A DNA stretch of 60,952 nt, filler included, from Basidiobolus ranarum (taxonomy: Eukaryota): the NCBI GenBank assembly GCA_040143965.1. It is 15 parts of 15 records of this genome, joined end to end, with 100 filler letters (N's around TTAATTAATTAA, not from the genome) between each part and the next. Parts side by side here need not be neighbours in the genome. Positions count along the whole stretch, not along the records: positions 24,469 to 28,439 come from JASJQH010002186.1; positions 28,540 to 32,507 come from JASJQH010002187.1; positions 32,608 to 36,574 come from JASJQH010002188.1; positions 36,675 to 40,640 come from JASJQH010002189.1; 11 more parts are not named here. The stretch is one strand, 5' to 3'. Below are positions 25,399-37,740 of the stretch, piece after piece (positions within the stretch are counted from its first letter, which is position 1; every line of letters begins with the position of its first letter). Under the pieces are notes generated by a model, which was given only the letters and a program-made list of their open reading frames with translations, did no database searches and was not told where the DNA came from. The translations under genes and the position numbers were made by a program.

Positions 25399-26683
25399 TT
25401 TACCAAACTTTTTTGTCGGCTATTACTAGTAGGCCAACACGGGAGTTTACCAAAATATTTATAGTATTTCGATCTCGAGGTATCGAAATGTCTTGGCATA
25501 GGTGAAGATCTGAAAGGCTTTTTTAGCTCAGATTGCACTTACTGACGAAGCACTTGCCGATGAGTAATATTTGATGTTTATTATTCGGCCACGCTTAAGC
25601 GGAGCCCTAACGGGAAACTGATTATAGCATATGCATAAACCTGGACTATGGTACAGATAAGGCTTATTTGGAAATGTTAGGAAATTAATTTTGATGATAA
25701 GCTCACAATTTTAGTCAGCCACCATGGACATCACCAATGCACAAAATAAAGATTCAAACTGATGTATTATCTGCTTAGAACGACACCAACGGAAAACCAG
25801 AGATTGAGTTAGGCAGCATCAATAAACTGAGAACTGTTGGAAATTTCTAAATTGACTAAGAAGTCTGTGATTAAAGAAATGTAAGAGCTACCTAGCTTCT
25901 ATATTGCTCACTTTGGGAACAGAGCCCTCTAGAAATATCGATAATATTATCGGAATATACTAAGGAAATCACCGATAAGGTCTTGATTCTGGCCGATGAT
26001 AATAGAACGTTTATTATCAGCGCCGAGTCGACGCTTTCTTCAATATTAACGTAGAACATTTCTGGCTTAGTCTGGTGAGGTAATTGGCTTATATGCAGTG
26101 CGATCATTTCCGAGATGATAAACGATAATTACCTAGGTTTTTACTTGCCTGATGCCACGTTTGTAGATGGATTCTAGGCTGTTGCTTAACATATATTTAA
26201 ATAGTTTAGAAGTACCAAGATAAAACGTTATGTGCTCTTAGTAAATGCAGGTTTAGCGGTTGTAAACTTTGGAATTTCAATTCCCTTATTTATTTAGATA
26301 ATCAAACCCATATAAATATATAAATATCTACATGATTTAGCATGCAAAATCATTTGTTTTGATTCGAATCGGAATCTTCCATCATCAAAGTGGTCAATCT
26401 AAATGGGTAAAATATTTTCATCCACACAATTACTTCATTGAGCAGGATCACGTATCTGTACACAGGCCTCACCCTCGTCATACAATATGCCATCGATGGT
26501 TAGTGCTAATTCTGACGCAAATTAGAAAAGGGCAATCGGATTGAGGCTTGTATCTACATTGCTCATCGATGATTTTTGTTAACTGATCTTCTACTAGATT
26601 ATAAATTAAATACTCGCACACTCTGAAGAGTACTTCCCAGAAAACGTCATGTGCACAGTACTCTAAATATTTATTATATAATC

Positions 26684-26858
26684 CTAAACCTAGCCACACA
26701 CAATAGAGTTACCAAAAGTTCTGTACAGTGCCTGATGCACTAGTTTCGTGAATCATACTACCTTCCACTCAGATGGTGGACTTGTGAGAATCACCAGAAG
26801 CAACACATTGGTAGGCATCATCTTGACATTTAACATCGGTAAACTGATTGTTGGACAT
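26684..26858 (-). pseudogene. Decayed CBM19-like chitin-binding module
   Basis: CQDDAYQCVASGDSHKSTI*VEGSMIHETSASGTV, then after a frameshift TFGNSIVCG*V*. This parallels CTNGQVVMQSCASGTVCENLFGDIICTWA of the 9000-9986 protein. Confidence 0.6.
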
Positions 26859-27393
26859 GGTTATAGATTTAGTGATACGGCTATTGTCTCGATAAGTTAA
26901 TGTATGGAATACTTCTAAAAGGCTTGATGCTACTTTCAGTCTTTCTAAGAAAACGTTGAGACCTATGAAACGACATCGTGATATGACATCACATTTTAAT
27001 ATGCATTCATACTCAATATAATTGATAAAATCTAGAATCTTCATAAACCGAGATGTACTAGAGTTTTATCAATAGCTGCATTTAGTACACTATAAAAGAC
27101 AAGTCTTTGACCTTGAGACCATCAAAGAACGTTTAAAAATAGATCGGATTTAACGTTTATAGCAATCCCTGTTGAGTTCATTGTCCTAAACGAATGGATC
27201 GTGTGTAAACAACCTAACTATAGATGTGCTCGCACCCTGGTAACATGTATCGTTACATCGTAGTGGATTCAATCTAGCATAGGATCTTCCAGAGTTTTAC
27301 TAATCAATTCTAAATTCTGCTAGCTAAGCAGTTGGTGTAGTATCAAAATCCAGGTATTTCGAAAACGTAGATGACATCATACTATTAACCTCG

Positions 27394-27804
27394 CTATATT
27401 ACCTCCAACTTCAAAACTAGGGTCTGACAGATATTTCGTGCTGGACTTTCCTTCACCATAATTTTAGCTTCATTTAAGCTATCACCTTCGGCTTCCAAGC
27501 TAGGGCCTGATTGTAATTTTATATTCGAATTTCTTTCATTTTCTACTTTTACGTCATTTAAATTGTCATGCTTTCTTGTCACGGTATTGAACACTTGTTT
27601 GAGAAGTGGTGATCGCTCTGACTGATTGCTAGTGAAAGTTGATTGCTGCTTAGATGGCGATAGAACCTGATTGTTTTCTCTCAACTGACTTGTGTTTGGC
27701 AGTGAAACATTGTTATAGTCAGAAGAGAGCGCGCCCAGAGGAGCTCCAACAGATACCTTAGCTAGTAATGCGAAAATGATGAATAAATTGAGTTTGAGAT
27801 GCAT
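27394..27804 (-). CDS. Putative secreted protein (136 aa), possibly the 5' part of a decayed gene
   Basis: Signal peptide MHLKLNLFIIFALLAKVSVGAP and a TA-rich upstream region. Lies upstream of the CBM19 relic on the same strand. Confidence 0.5.
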   Translation of the reverse strand: MHLKLNLFIIFALLAKVSVGAPLGALSSDYNNVSLPNTSQLRENNQVLSPSKQQSTFTSNQSERSPLLKQVFNTVTRKHDNLNDVKVENERNSNIKLQSGPSLEAEGDSLNEAKIMVKESPARNICQTLVLKLEVI

Positions 27805-29158
27805 AGTTGTGTATATTTCTCATGGACATTCAAGTACATATATATACATATATATGTAAACCTAAGGAGCATCCTAAGAATAGACTGAATTTCAATCAAA
27901 CTTGGAACACTGCCACATTGATGCTTTCGTAAAAGTATAAGGAAAGTTTAAATCAAAGCACTATAGTTAAAATACCCTCCAATAATCAGATTCAACTGAT
28001 GACAAAGATTAAGACCGACAGTAATAATATACTCACCTGATAGATAGTATGCTGCAATTGTTATTCTTGGAGTGATTGCACTTAATTGTATCAGTACAAG
28101 CTACAGCAGTGAAAAAAGGTAAAATTTCTGATTCGTTGCTATAGTTACTGCAACCAACTATTGTACTTGAATTTTGATATGAATTTATGATGTTAGTGGT
28201 ATTTTAAGCGGCATAATCTCGTCCAACTTGTTGCATTCTAATATGGAACTTTATTAATACTTGAATAGAGTAGAATGCATAATTGCTATAATGCTAAAGG
28301 AAACTACATCAATATCTGCGACCAAAGCGGCGTCTACGACCACAATGCCTACAACCACAACTGCTACAACCCGAGCTTGAATCTTTGGGTTCTTCCTCAT
28401 CAGGGGCTTGTGGAGTCTCAGCATTCTGTGGAGGTTGAGNNNNNNNNNNNNNNNNNNNNNNNNNNNNNNNNNNNNNNNNNNNNTTAATTAATTAANNNNN
28501 NNNNNNNNNNNNNNNNNNNNNNNNNNNNNNNNNNNNNNNGTTCAATTCTCGACCGCTCTAGATTCTAAAATGCCAAACTGTTCACTACTACCTGAATGAT
28601 ATTCTAATGTAGCCAATACAAAAACCTTGGTAACTCGTTTTCAGTCTATCATACGTGCAAAGCGGTTAAATCACATGAAATAACCGGTTAAAGAATTAAA
28701 GCGAACCAGTTTCATGTGGTGCGAAAGAAATAGGGTACTAACTATGTCTTATAACGGTAACTCAATTCTTTGTAATACTAACAACTGTTACTTGATAATG
28801 GTGTAGACCCTTTTTATATATGTACAAGAAATTGAACTTAAAATAAGAAATTATTAAGCTTCGAATAGAGAACGATGGCTAAATAATTACATATCAATAA
28901 GAGAATTATTTCATGAAACGTAATTTTAAATGGTGATCATGTAAGCGCAACCATTAGAGTATGACGGCGTAGCGGAAATTAATGTGTTCAAGTATCAATT
29001 GATTAGCCATAGTAAAACGCCTTGTTGTGATAAACTTTGCTGAGAGCGGGTTGAGTTTTCAATGCTATAGAGCTGATGCCATAGACTGAGATGTGACGTG
29101 AACGTATGCGTTCTATCAGAATGGCTTGGTTTCGGATGTTTAAAACTCAGCATGGAGA

Positions 29159-29836
29159 CTATTCAGTTGATGGGGGCAGAGGAAGCTGCTTATCGCATAT
29201 AGTAGGTAGCAATAGGCTAGAATTGATACTGGCAAGAGACGATGGAAAACTAGAGAATCCAGATTTTGTGGGATATTTACTATTGCTTGAGGGATATCTA
29301 CCGTGGTTGTTAGCGACTTCATGGCGACGTAGTGTAGTTTTGCGCGTGAATCGCTTCGCACAACCGGGGGCAGTACATACGTGCGGTTTCTTCCCAGTGT
29401 GGCTTCTTTTATGCCTCGCAAGAGAAGATGACTGATATATCATCGTGTTAGCTATGGATCTCCTACAAATGGAGTCGGAAAGGGTACTTACGTCATTGAA
29501 TGATCGAGTGCAATTAAGGTGATCGCACACATGAGGCCGTTCGCCAGTGTGGGTCCGATAGTGAACAGTTAGGGCAGACCGTTGTATGAATCCTTTACCG
29601 CATCCTTTCCAGTCACACCTATATGGTCTTTCCCCAGTGTGGATTCTTTGATGTCGCGATAGATCAGATTTCCTAGTGAACGTTTTATAGCAGTTCTTTA
29701 AGTAACATACCAATTGCCGTTTATCCTGGACGTTACCAGAGCTTGGCGAAGTGACAGAACTGGTAGATGATGGCGAGTAATGCTTGAAAGATGGATAAGG
29801 ATCAATGACAGGATTTAAAATCTTGTAGAAATCCAT
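29159..29836 (-). CDS. C2H2 zinc-finger transcription factor (4 fingers); 60-nt intron; ~205 aa spliced
   Basis: CYLKNC..H..H, CDWKGC, CDHLNC and CTAPGC fingers with TGERP/TGKKP linkers. Intron 29432-29491 (GTAAGT...GCTAAC...CAG) restores SFNDSSSLARH. Confidence 0.92.
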   Translation of the reverse strand: MDFYKILNPVIDPYPSFKHYSPSSTSSVTSPSSGNVQDKRQLVCYLKNCYKTFTRKSDLSRHQRIHTGERPYRCDWKGCGKGFIQRSALTVHYRTHTGERPHVCDHLNCTRSFNDVSTLSDSICRRSIANTMIYQSSSLARHKRSHTGKKPHVCTAPGCAKRFTRKTTLRRHEVANNHGRYPSSNSKYPTKSGFSSFPSSLASINSSLLLPTICDKQLPLPPSTE

Positions 29837-32607
29837 TTTGTTTCGGGTCTGTGTATATACTAATGGGGCACCAAGGTAAGAGCCGACAAGCGTTGGAGTT
29901 CAGTTAGAGCAGACTCAGATTTTGAAGGACTAGGCAAGATAATGTGCAATACTGATGTAACGAGGATCCAAAGACGAGAGGAAAATCGAATCCACATTGA
30001 AGCACTTCCAACCCTTGATATATATAGCTTTTTGGCAGGAAGCAGAAATCGATTACTTTGACCTTACACTACATTGACGATCATTATTGGTCAAAGAGTC
30101 CCAACTGATCAACTGTACGTACATGTAAAAGATTCTACTGTTCCCTCCAAATATAAATAGTTAAATCAGATCCCAGATTCCCCACTCCTCTAGCATTACA
30201 TCATCCTGTGCCGTTGGTATTGCCGAAGAACTGTAATTGTCTTTATTGACTCCATCTTGGGCTGGAGAATAGAGGTTGTTCAGAATCACATAACATCCGC
30301 CCAACAAAAGCAATATGCTAGACTGTAACGAAGCTAGCTAACTCTCGAAGGATTGCTAATGGCCTTTTGGCGATGCTTTGCCAGGAGCCACCGTAATCAA
30401 CATGGATCACCGTGCTAGTTTCGAAACCATCCTACTATGGTTTAGTCAAATCGATCTGCCATCTACATAGTGAGCCCTGATGTTTTTGACATTCACAAAG
30501 TTGGGGTATGGTTGGCTGCTAGGTAGGGATGATGTAATGTCAGAGTCTGGAGGCCATGATATTGCTCCTAAACTCAAATTCCTCGGAGCATCAATCTCTG
30601 AAAAAACATTCGAATGCAGATATTCCTCGCACTGTGCCAGACACCAGTATCTGAGCAGCCACACAAGTTGGGCAAGCATGTTGAAGATACAAACTCAGCT
30701 CCAGCCTGTTGGTATGAAAGGAAGGTGATTATTGGCACCTCATCCTTGGCTTCTTGTTACGCATATGAGTAATCTTGAAGCGAGAGCAGATCTATCACTT
30801 TACATTGATGACTCACCCTCTGTGGAGTTTACTCTAGACTGGGGGTGACTGAATCGTTTAATATGGTAACCAAGTATGTCTGAGAAACAATTTATAGCGC
30901 TTAAAGTGGAGAAGATCTGTTTGGCGATTGCATCAGAAAGGAAATCGGTTGAAAAAAATCGATGTTAAGATAAATATATACATATGACCGTTCGGATAGT
31001 ACTAAAATGTATAACTGATTGGATTTGCATAGAAACAGCAACTAGTAAGTGGGAACAATGGATGCTATCACTCTTTCCAGAAGTTCAACTCAGACTATAT
31101 TGTTAATAGCCATCGAATCTGATATACTGAGTAGCTACGGAAGTTCTCGCTAGCAGCATGCTGTCAGAAAAAGATGATGGAAAATTCGGTGACGGCTCTT
31201 TAGTGGTTGCAGCGATGTTACTCCTGTGACATGCCTTCGTTCCCATCCACTCACTTAAAGCGATATTCGAAAGCTGGTATATAACCATTGAACGACGCCC
31301 TTGCCCGAGTTATCAAATCCCCTTAATATCTTGCATTTAACCAGCTGGTTTGTTGAATTCGCAACATATTCCGAACTACAAGTGTTCCCTATTATTGGAA
31401 GTTGATAACTATGATGGATACTAGGAGCAATCCTTCATAGCATTTGTAAAGCTGCAAGAATTTACGAGTTGTGCATGATTTACAGGTTGACCCTCAATTG
31501 TGTATTGTACAACTGTGGCCTAATATCTTCGTAGGGTTTTGGTTGCTTATTCAACTATTGGTCATTAGGTGGAGTGCTAACTAAGTAAGAGAATGCAGGA
31601 GTTAACCATCTTTAGCCTTGTAACCAGAGAAAATGGATTTTAGTTATCATCAAATGATGAAAAATGCTAGAATGCTAGATTGTATTACTTTTGGGGCTAA
31701 TAATTGAGCCAGTAGGTATGTATGACTCTCTACCAACCAATTCTCTGCATTGTCTTAGCGTATATTCCATATGATATCTTCTGAAGTTGTGTTCAAAGGA
31801 CGCCATCAAATTGAACATTCACCTATATAATATACAACACGAGATTCCACTTTTTGGTTGAGATATTGCTCCTCTTTGCTGATGGGACATCCAATCATTT
31901 GTCTTTATAAAGGATAGCCTACCAATAAAACTTCAAGTTTTCGAGTCTATATCATTAAACCTATGATTGGTTAGAAGTTGATATTTCATCGATTGCCATA
32001 TGATCCTGGCAACAGAATCTTGACTGGCTTTTTGTTAGCATTCAATCCTTCCAAAAACTATTGTTCTTTTCAAGTAACCTTTTTACAAACTACACTACGC
32101 TACTCTGACAGATGGAATCTTTACTCACTTTCAGACAAAAAGTCAACCCATGGACTGCCAAGGTGTCCCAAAGCTTTGGCCAAGCAAAACAAGTATGCTT
32201 CTAAGCTCAAGTTAGCCTTAACCTCAAAACACAGTATAACTGTTATTTCAAAATATAGTTAGCTCAAGAGAAACTCGGTAATGCTGAAGTTACCCAACTC
32301 CCTGCCGAATATCTCGAACTAGAAAAGGTTCCCCTATTTTCTTTATCTTCATCTTATCGCTTCTCAAAAATTAAATATTCTATACGATCATATAGAAAGT
32401 GGATGCCATCCGTAATCTTCACCTTAGTATGCTCAAGATCTCCAAGGTCTATAGCACTGAAAGTGACGATTTCCGTACTCAATTTCAAGATTCGGTAGCT
32501 GATTTCTNNNNNNNNNNNNNNNNNNNNNNNNNNNNNNNNNNNNNNNNNNNNTTAATTAATTAANNNNNNNNNNNNNNNNNNNNNNNNNNNNNNNNNNNNN
32601 NNNNNNN

Positions 32608-33367
32608 GTACTTTGCTACTTGTGGGGTGCTCAGATTACTGATGAATATAATGTTATCTGAATTAAATCATGGAATAACTTTTAGCGTTACCGAGATTAA
32701 TTCAAAATCTTCGGTTCCTGGCCAACAGGTTTTCCCTTTTGAAATTTTGATTCTACACGATTTACCTGAATCTTTCCATAGTGACTATGGTCAGATAAAA
32801 TATGCAATAAATGCAATAGCCCAATTTCTGTTTAAATTTAAAATGCAAAGTGCCAGTGTTCATCCATCCATCACAGTTCGAACGCGTTGGAGGAGCTATC
32901 AGAGGCATACAGGCTCAAGCAGACTCTTCGAGACTCAGTTGCATGCGAAATCACTTTACCTACAGATGTATACCCCCTGGTAAGAAGTTTGATATTGAAG
33001 TATCGGCATTCTCACTTGACAAGAGAAAAAAAGAACAAAAGTGACATGTAATTTCAAAGAAATCATACTTTCATATCTCATCAAAGAGGGATCCAACCCG
33101 CTTGTTAGTAGGCGAATTTGTAAAATCTCTCAGTGTTTCTTCCACTCCATTCACTGCGATATACTCACCCAAACACTGCTTATGAGTTACACCGACTATA
33201 ACCATATAAATTTTATCATTGAAGTTACTTACAAAGTGGTTGTCCAAGATGTCCTTAAGAAGGACAATGGTCAGATAGACTTCCGCACTATATATACTCC
33301 TATGGTTATAGTAGCGGCAAGCAGCGCATTGGAGTTTAATCAACTCCCTTCTTACAGTGTAATATAA
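32608..33367 (+). pseudogene. Arrestin-like (alpha-arrestin) gene, frameshifted and 5'-truncated
   Basis: FPFEILILHDLPESFHSDYGQIKY (Arrestin_N-like). Frameshifts near 32940-32975 and 33040. C-terminal LPSY (PY-like) motif. Confidence 0.7.
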
Positions 33368-34570
33368 GTTATCTCCTTCATAACATGCTTTCCACCGCCT
33401 TGCAGTTGAAGAAGTTTTACGGGCTTCTCCGCCATCATCATATGGCCATTGTTGATTAGTCCGTGTCTCATCCATCCATGCATACTAGTAATAGCTACAT
33501 AAATTTCTTGCAAATTAATATAAACTCCAATCATGCAATGATGTCAAAGCTGCATGCTTAAAGCAATTAACGTTACATTTTCTTATTTGGTGTATGGTTG
33601 GACAACTTGATTGCTTTTTCTGCATCCAAGAATCACGAGCTTTGTGATACAACCGCGCGAATAAACGACAGGTTTGAACAGGAGATATGATGAGAAAAAG
33701 AATTCTAAATCGGTACATTATTGTTTGTTAAACTTGTTAATGAAGCCTATGATTGCCGATTTTCACTCCTTAGTATCAATATTGGTACTCTGTTTTGAGC
33801 TCGATCATATTCAAGTTCGAGCATTACAATGCTTATATACTAAAAGTAGGTTAATATATGTTTCTCATATCTACATAACTTTTCATTGACAACCTTGGAA
33901 TTTTGCCTTTAGTTACCTCTATTCTTGTAGCCCAGCTGCATGAATTTCTAGGAAAATGAAATTTGGACAATGTTTAGTAATTGGGCGCCTCATTCAAGGT
34001 GATGCCCCAGAGTTGTTAGAGCATATGCTGCGAACCAATCTTCAGAGATAAGCACTGGTATAGCTGGAAGTGAAGTACAGATTGTCTCCCAAAGTTACTA
34101 CACTTATATTTACTGCTTGTGAGTTTCAACACAGTTTTTGCGTTGATAGTCTTATCGCGCCATGACAAATACCTAAGAGATATCCACGTCTAGCCTCGGT
34201 TGGTCTGGTTAATGACTGACTGGCAAAATGATTGCTTCAATTGCCGCAGAGCATAATGATCCGTAATTCCTTAATATCGCTCAATCTCTGGCTTCAAAGA
34301 ATATTGACAATAAAATAACTACAGTCCGTAATTAGAGAGGATAATTATCAAAAGAGAGAATAGCATTCTTAGCAAGATAGGTCGTATCCAGCTTATTGCT
34401 GCAGAATTCTTATGACTAGCAACATCGCAAGCTACGTGTTTCTAATTACATACTGAAGTTTATTGCGAGTTAAGCAATAGTGGAGATAGATAACCTTTGC
34501 ATACACATATAGCAACATTCTTAGGTTATTACTACTTCACTTAATCTTGACCTTCGCCTGGATCTGGCCA

Positions 34571-35554
34571 TCAGTCAATTTCCAAATTAGCTAAGAGTTC
34601 CGCTCGAAGTGAGGTATTTTCATAGCTGAAAGAATTATTGTTGAGGATGTTGAAGATCTGGGGTATGCACCCAAACAGTCGATCAACTATAAGCCCTATG
34701 CGATGAGGGTTGCGTAGATTACCATTGTCAGCTATGGCACGGTTCCAATCAATCAATCTACTTTTGATTGGCGAACACTCAGGCAAAATATCCACAAATA
34801 GATAATGTTGGCATTGGGTTTGCCACTCGCGAGATGACTGGACACTATGGTTCATCGCACGGCTGACTCCTCGTAAATTATCAAAATCGTTGAGATCAAG
34901 GTAGGAAAAGACGGTGTCTAGAATGACGGCGGGAAGCAAAAGGAATATGTTTCCAGCCGTAGAGTTCATCGTCCGTGGCAACGTAGGGAGGCTGGTTAGG
35001 TTGACCATGGGACTACAAACGAACCAATCACAGTCAGGATAATAATCAAAATCTTGGCCCATAGTCATCCGAATATCTGCGTCCATTAGGACTGTAGATC
35101 CGTTCATATCGTTCTGGACAAATTTAAGTGCTTCAAGTATATCGTGGTCACAAAGTGGTTGCTGTGGGAGACTCTGGTGTGGTCGCATTCGAATGTCATA
35201 GAAACGATGTATCAAGTCGTAGCAGACGCTATGGATGAGAATGCCGTAAATCCGTTCACAGTCATCGTAGAACCCATCCTCCTGATAGAAGCCCTCAAAA
35301 TAGTCTGTGGCATTCTCTGTGAGAACGTACTTTATTTCCTGGTCTTCTGCATCCTCGACATCTCCACCCCAACTATCCCTCAATCCTGGGGTTTTGTCTA
35401 CTCCCTCTAGTTTGCAATGGGTCAAAACGTAGATACGGGAGTGGAACTCAAGATCCTTGGGTTCCAACTTGAGCCTCTGTTCATCATGGTGATACTCAAG
35501 GTCAGAGACAAGTGAGGTTCCTCCACAGAGAGAGCAGTAAGTGGTATAACCCAT
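34571..35554 (-). CDS. F-box protein (fungal type with N-terminal CxxCG)
   Basis: Intact 327-aa ORF. F-box LLLPAVILDTVFSYLDLNDFDNLRGVSR. N-terminal CSLCGG and HSVC motifs. C-terminal IDW...LRNPHRI motif. Confidence 0.8.
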   Translation of the reverse strand: MGYTTYCSLCGGTSLVSDLEYHHDEQRLKLEPKDLEFHSRIYVLTHCKLEGVDKTPGLRDSWGGDVEDAEDQEIKYVLTENATDYFEGFYQEDGFYDDCERIYGILIHSVCYDLIHRFYDIRMRPHQSLPQQPLCDHDILEALKFVQNDMNGSTVLMDADIRMTMGQDFDYYPDCDWFVCSPMVNLTSLPTLPRTMNSTAGNIFLLLPAVILDTVFSYLDLNDFDNLRGVSRAMNHSVQSSREWQTQCQHYLFVDILPECSPIKSRLIDWNRAIADNGNLRNPHRIGLIVDRLFGCIPQIFNILNNNSFSYENTSLRAELLANLEID

Positions 35555-36367
35555 TAATATATGTTGGGCTACAACTCATCAGCCAAGCTATAAATCATCA
35601 CGACGATTGCTTACAATTGACGCAAGTTGTACATGCTAGTAGCTTTTGGGGTCATTCGGTTGGTTATCATGTGTATATACCCCAAATCATGGATTTTATG
35701 AAAAAAAGCTGGGTTTTTCATGAGCTAGGGTGCACAATTTTAAATGTTGTTTATGAGAAAGTTCGAATAAATTGCTTAATTAAACTCTAAATAAGCTTTG
35801 TTTATAATAATCATAAATCAAGATTTGAATTAGATTCCATAAGTGGAGTCAAGTGCCAACACCTAGGGAAGATGAAGTGCATCGCAAGATGTAATCATTA
35901 CGTGCCAGAGTAAAAAATAAATAGTAAAGAATAAATCAAAATGCATGCATAACAGTTTCAGAATAAAGTAAAGACATTGTTTAAGCAGAGTAGAGGGGAA
36001 TCAAAAGCACCAGATGGTGTGGACTTTATTTAGTTTAAATATTAGTCTAAACAAAGTGACAATCACAACATCAATCCTTTAAGATATTATGACAATACTG
36101 GATCATATCCATACTTAACTTGAAGACCAATGTAAGCAAGTTCAGAGGATGCAAATATAATATTACGGGGCAAAGGTGGTAAGCAGAAAGGAAGGTACTC
36201 AATACAAACTAGATGGAAAATAGGACAAAAACCTGGAACAATGGGAATCAAATAAGGTTTCTTAGAGGCAAGGTATTGCTTCCAAAGGCCTAGCTGGAAG
36301 TCTATAGAAACAATTTTAGGCTATTTTGTTTCATGCAGCTGTAAAGCTAACTCAGAAACAAGAGGAT

Positions 36368-36574
36368 CATCCCCTAACAGAAATTTGAGGATTGTTATTG
36401 TAGGAAAACCATCAAAATTTTAATCCATTTGGGATTGACCATTTACTTAACATCATAAAATTGTCAGGTTAGATTTAGTGAAATTTCAAGATCTTGTAAG
36501 ATAGTTGCACATGATTGGCTACAATCTCAGAGAACTATGGATCAACATATGTGCAAAAAACACAACTCGAATTT
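36368..36574. repeat. Dispersed repeat shared with 39640-39840
   Basis: ccctaacagaaatttgaggattgttattgtaggaaaacc...ctacaatctcagagaactatggatcaaca occurs at both sites. Confidence 0.85.
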
Positions 36575-36674
36575 NNNNNNNNNNNNNNNNNNNNNNNNNN
36601 NNNNNNNNNNNNNNNNNNTTAATTAATTAANNNNNNNNNNNNNNNNNNNNNNNNNNNNNNNNNNNNNNNNNNNN

Positions 36675-37215
36675 ATTCACCCAAGTGATGTGGTGGGCTA
36701 TTTGGATCTTCTCACTTGGCGCCGTGAAGGGACGCTTTGCCAGCATACTCACCGGTGACTGTAGATTCTTTTTCCTACCAGTTTATGGGGCCTTGTATGT
36801 CGTGGGTTACATTCCTGCAAAATTGTTTGCCCTGCTTACACTCTACAATAATTCGTGGGGTACAAACGCTAGATTATTCCGCAACTTTACGAGATATCAA
36901 AATTATCTACCACCCGCTGTATGGATGTTCTTCCTCTTCGCTGGTCTACTTCAGAATTTCCTCGGCTTTATCCCAAGTCTACTGTCACCCACAAGTTCAG
37001 TTGTATTGGTCACAGCCATCGTGGCAACGATAGTGGTTGTATACTACATGATTTACTATTTCGGATTCAAGAAAACCGGGATCTTTGTTAATGTATATAA
37101 GCGAGACTATAGTTACGAAGAGCTATATTCTGCAGTCAAATCCGAGGAAAAATCTACCAACCAACTTACCAACAGTAGAAAGAGAATTCAATTCACTTTT
37201 AGTTCTCACGACTAG
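36675..37215 (+). CDS. C-terminal part of a GT2 hyaluronan-synthase-like (HAS/NodC-like) membrane glycosyltransferase, 5'-truncated
   Basis: GAVKGRFASILTGDCRFFFLPVYGALYVVGYIPAKLFALLTLYNNSWGTNAR...YLPPAVW. The WGT motif and preceding TM helices match the class I HAS C-terminal pattern. The frame is open from the contig edge. Confidence 0.78.
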
Positions 37216-37467
37216 TGTCATAATTTACTTTATTAATTTGCACAACTTACTGTGTAAAATTACCTATGTTGGGTTTAGGAAATACAACTATTCATTATTA
37301 GTAAATATCTCTGTAGACAATAGCTCATCCAATCAATAAACGCCCTTTAGAGCTAAAAAGTATATGTATAAGTATAATGAACACTCCATATATGAGCCCT
37401 TAGATAGTTTGTACACTGGGAGATACGATATGTTCAATATTGACAGTACTAGCATCATTGACCTCCA

Positions 37468-37740
37468 TTGAGTAAATGGTTCTTTGAAGTTCAAGTTTTG
37501 CACCTCGGTTATGAAGTCGTTCAAAGCAATTCCAATAAAGTACGTGATCGAATTTCGTTCATAGAGTCAGTCATTGCGCTTATTCAACAATATAAATTTG
37601 ATGGCTTGGATATAGAGTTCCCCTTGAGTGTTCATCAGGAAAGAGTTGTCATATTGATTCAAGAAATCCGACAGTTCAATCCAATTTCTAAAGGTAAAGA
37701 AAGGTCACTAAATATCATTATATATATTGGCTATGACTAA
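37468..37740 (+). pseudogene. GH18 chitinase-like remnant
   Basis: RISFIESVIALIQQYKFDGLDIEFP resembles the GH18 FDGxDxDWE motif with the motif shortened. The flanking frames are broken. Confidence 0.55.

Noticed and set aside
28275-28439. ORF with a Thr-rich alternative frame at the contig end
   Set aside because: Short, low complexity and runs into Ns. Not supportable as a gene.
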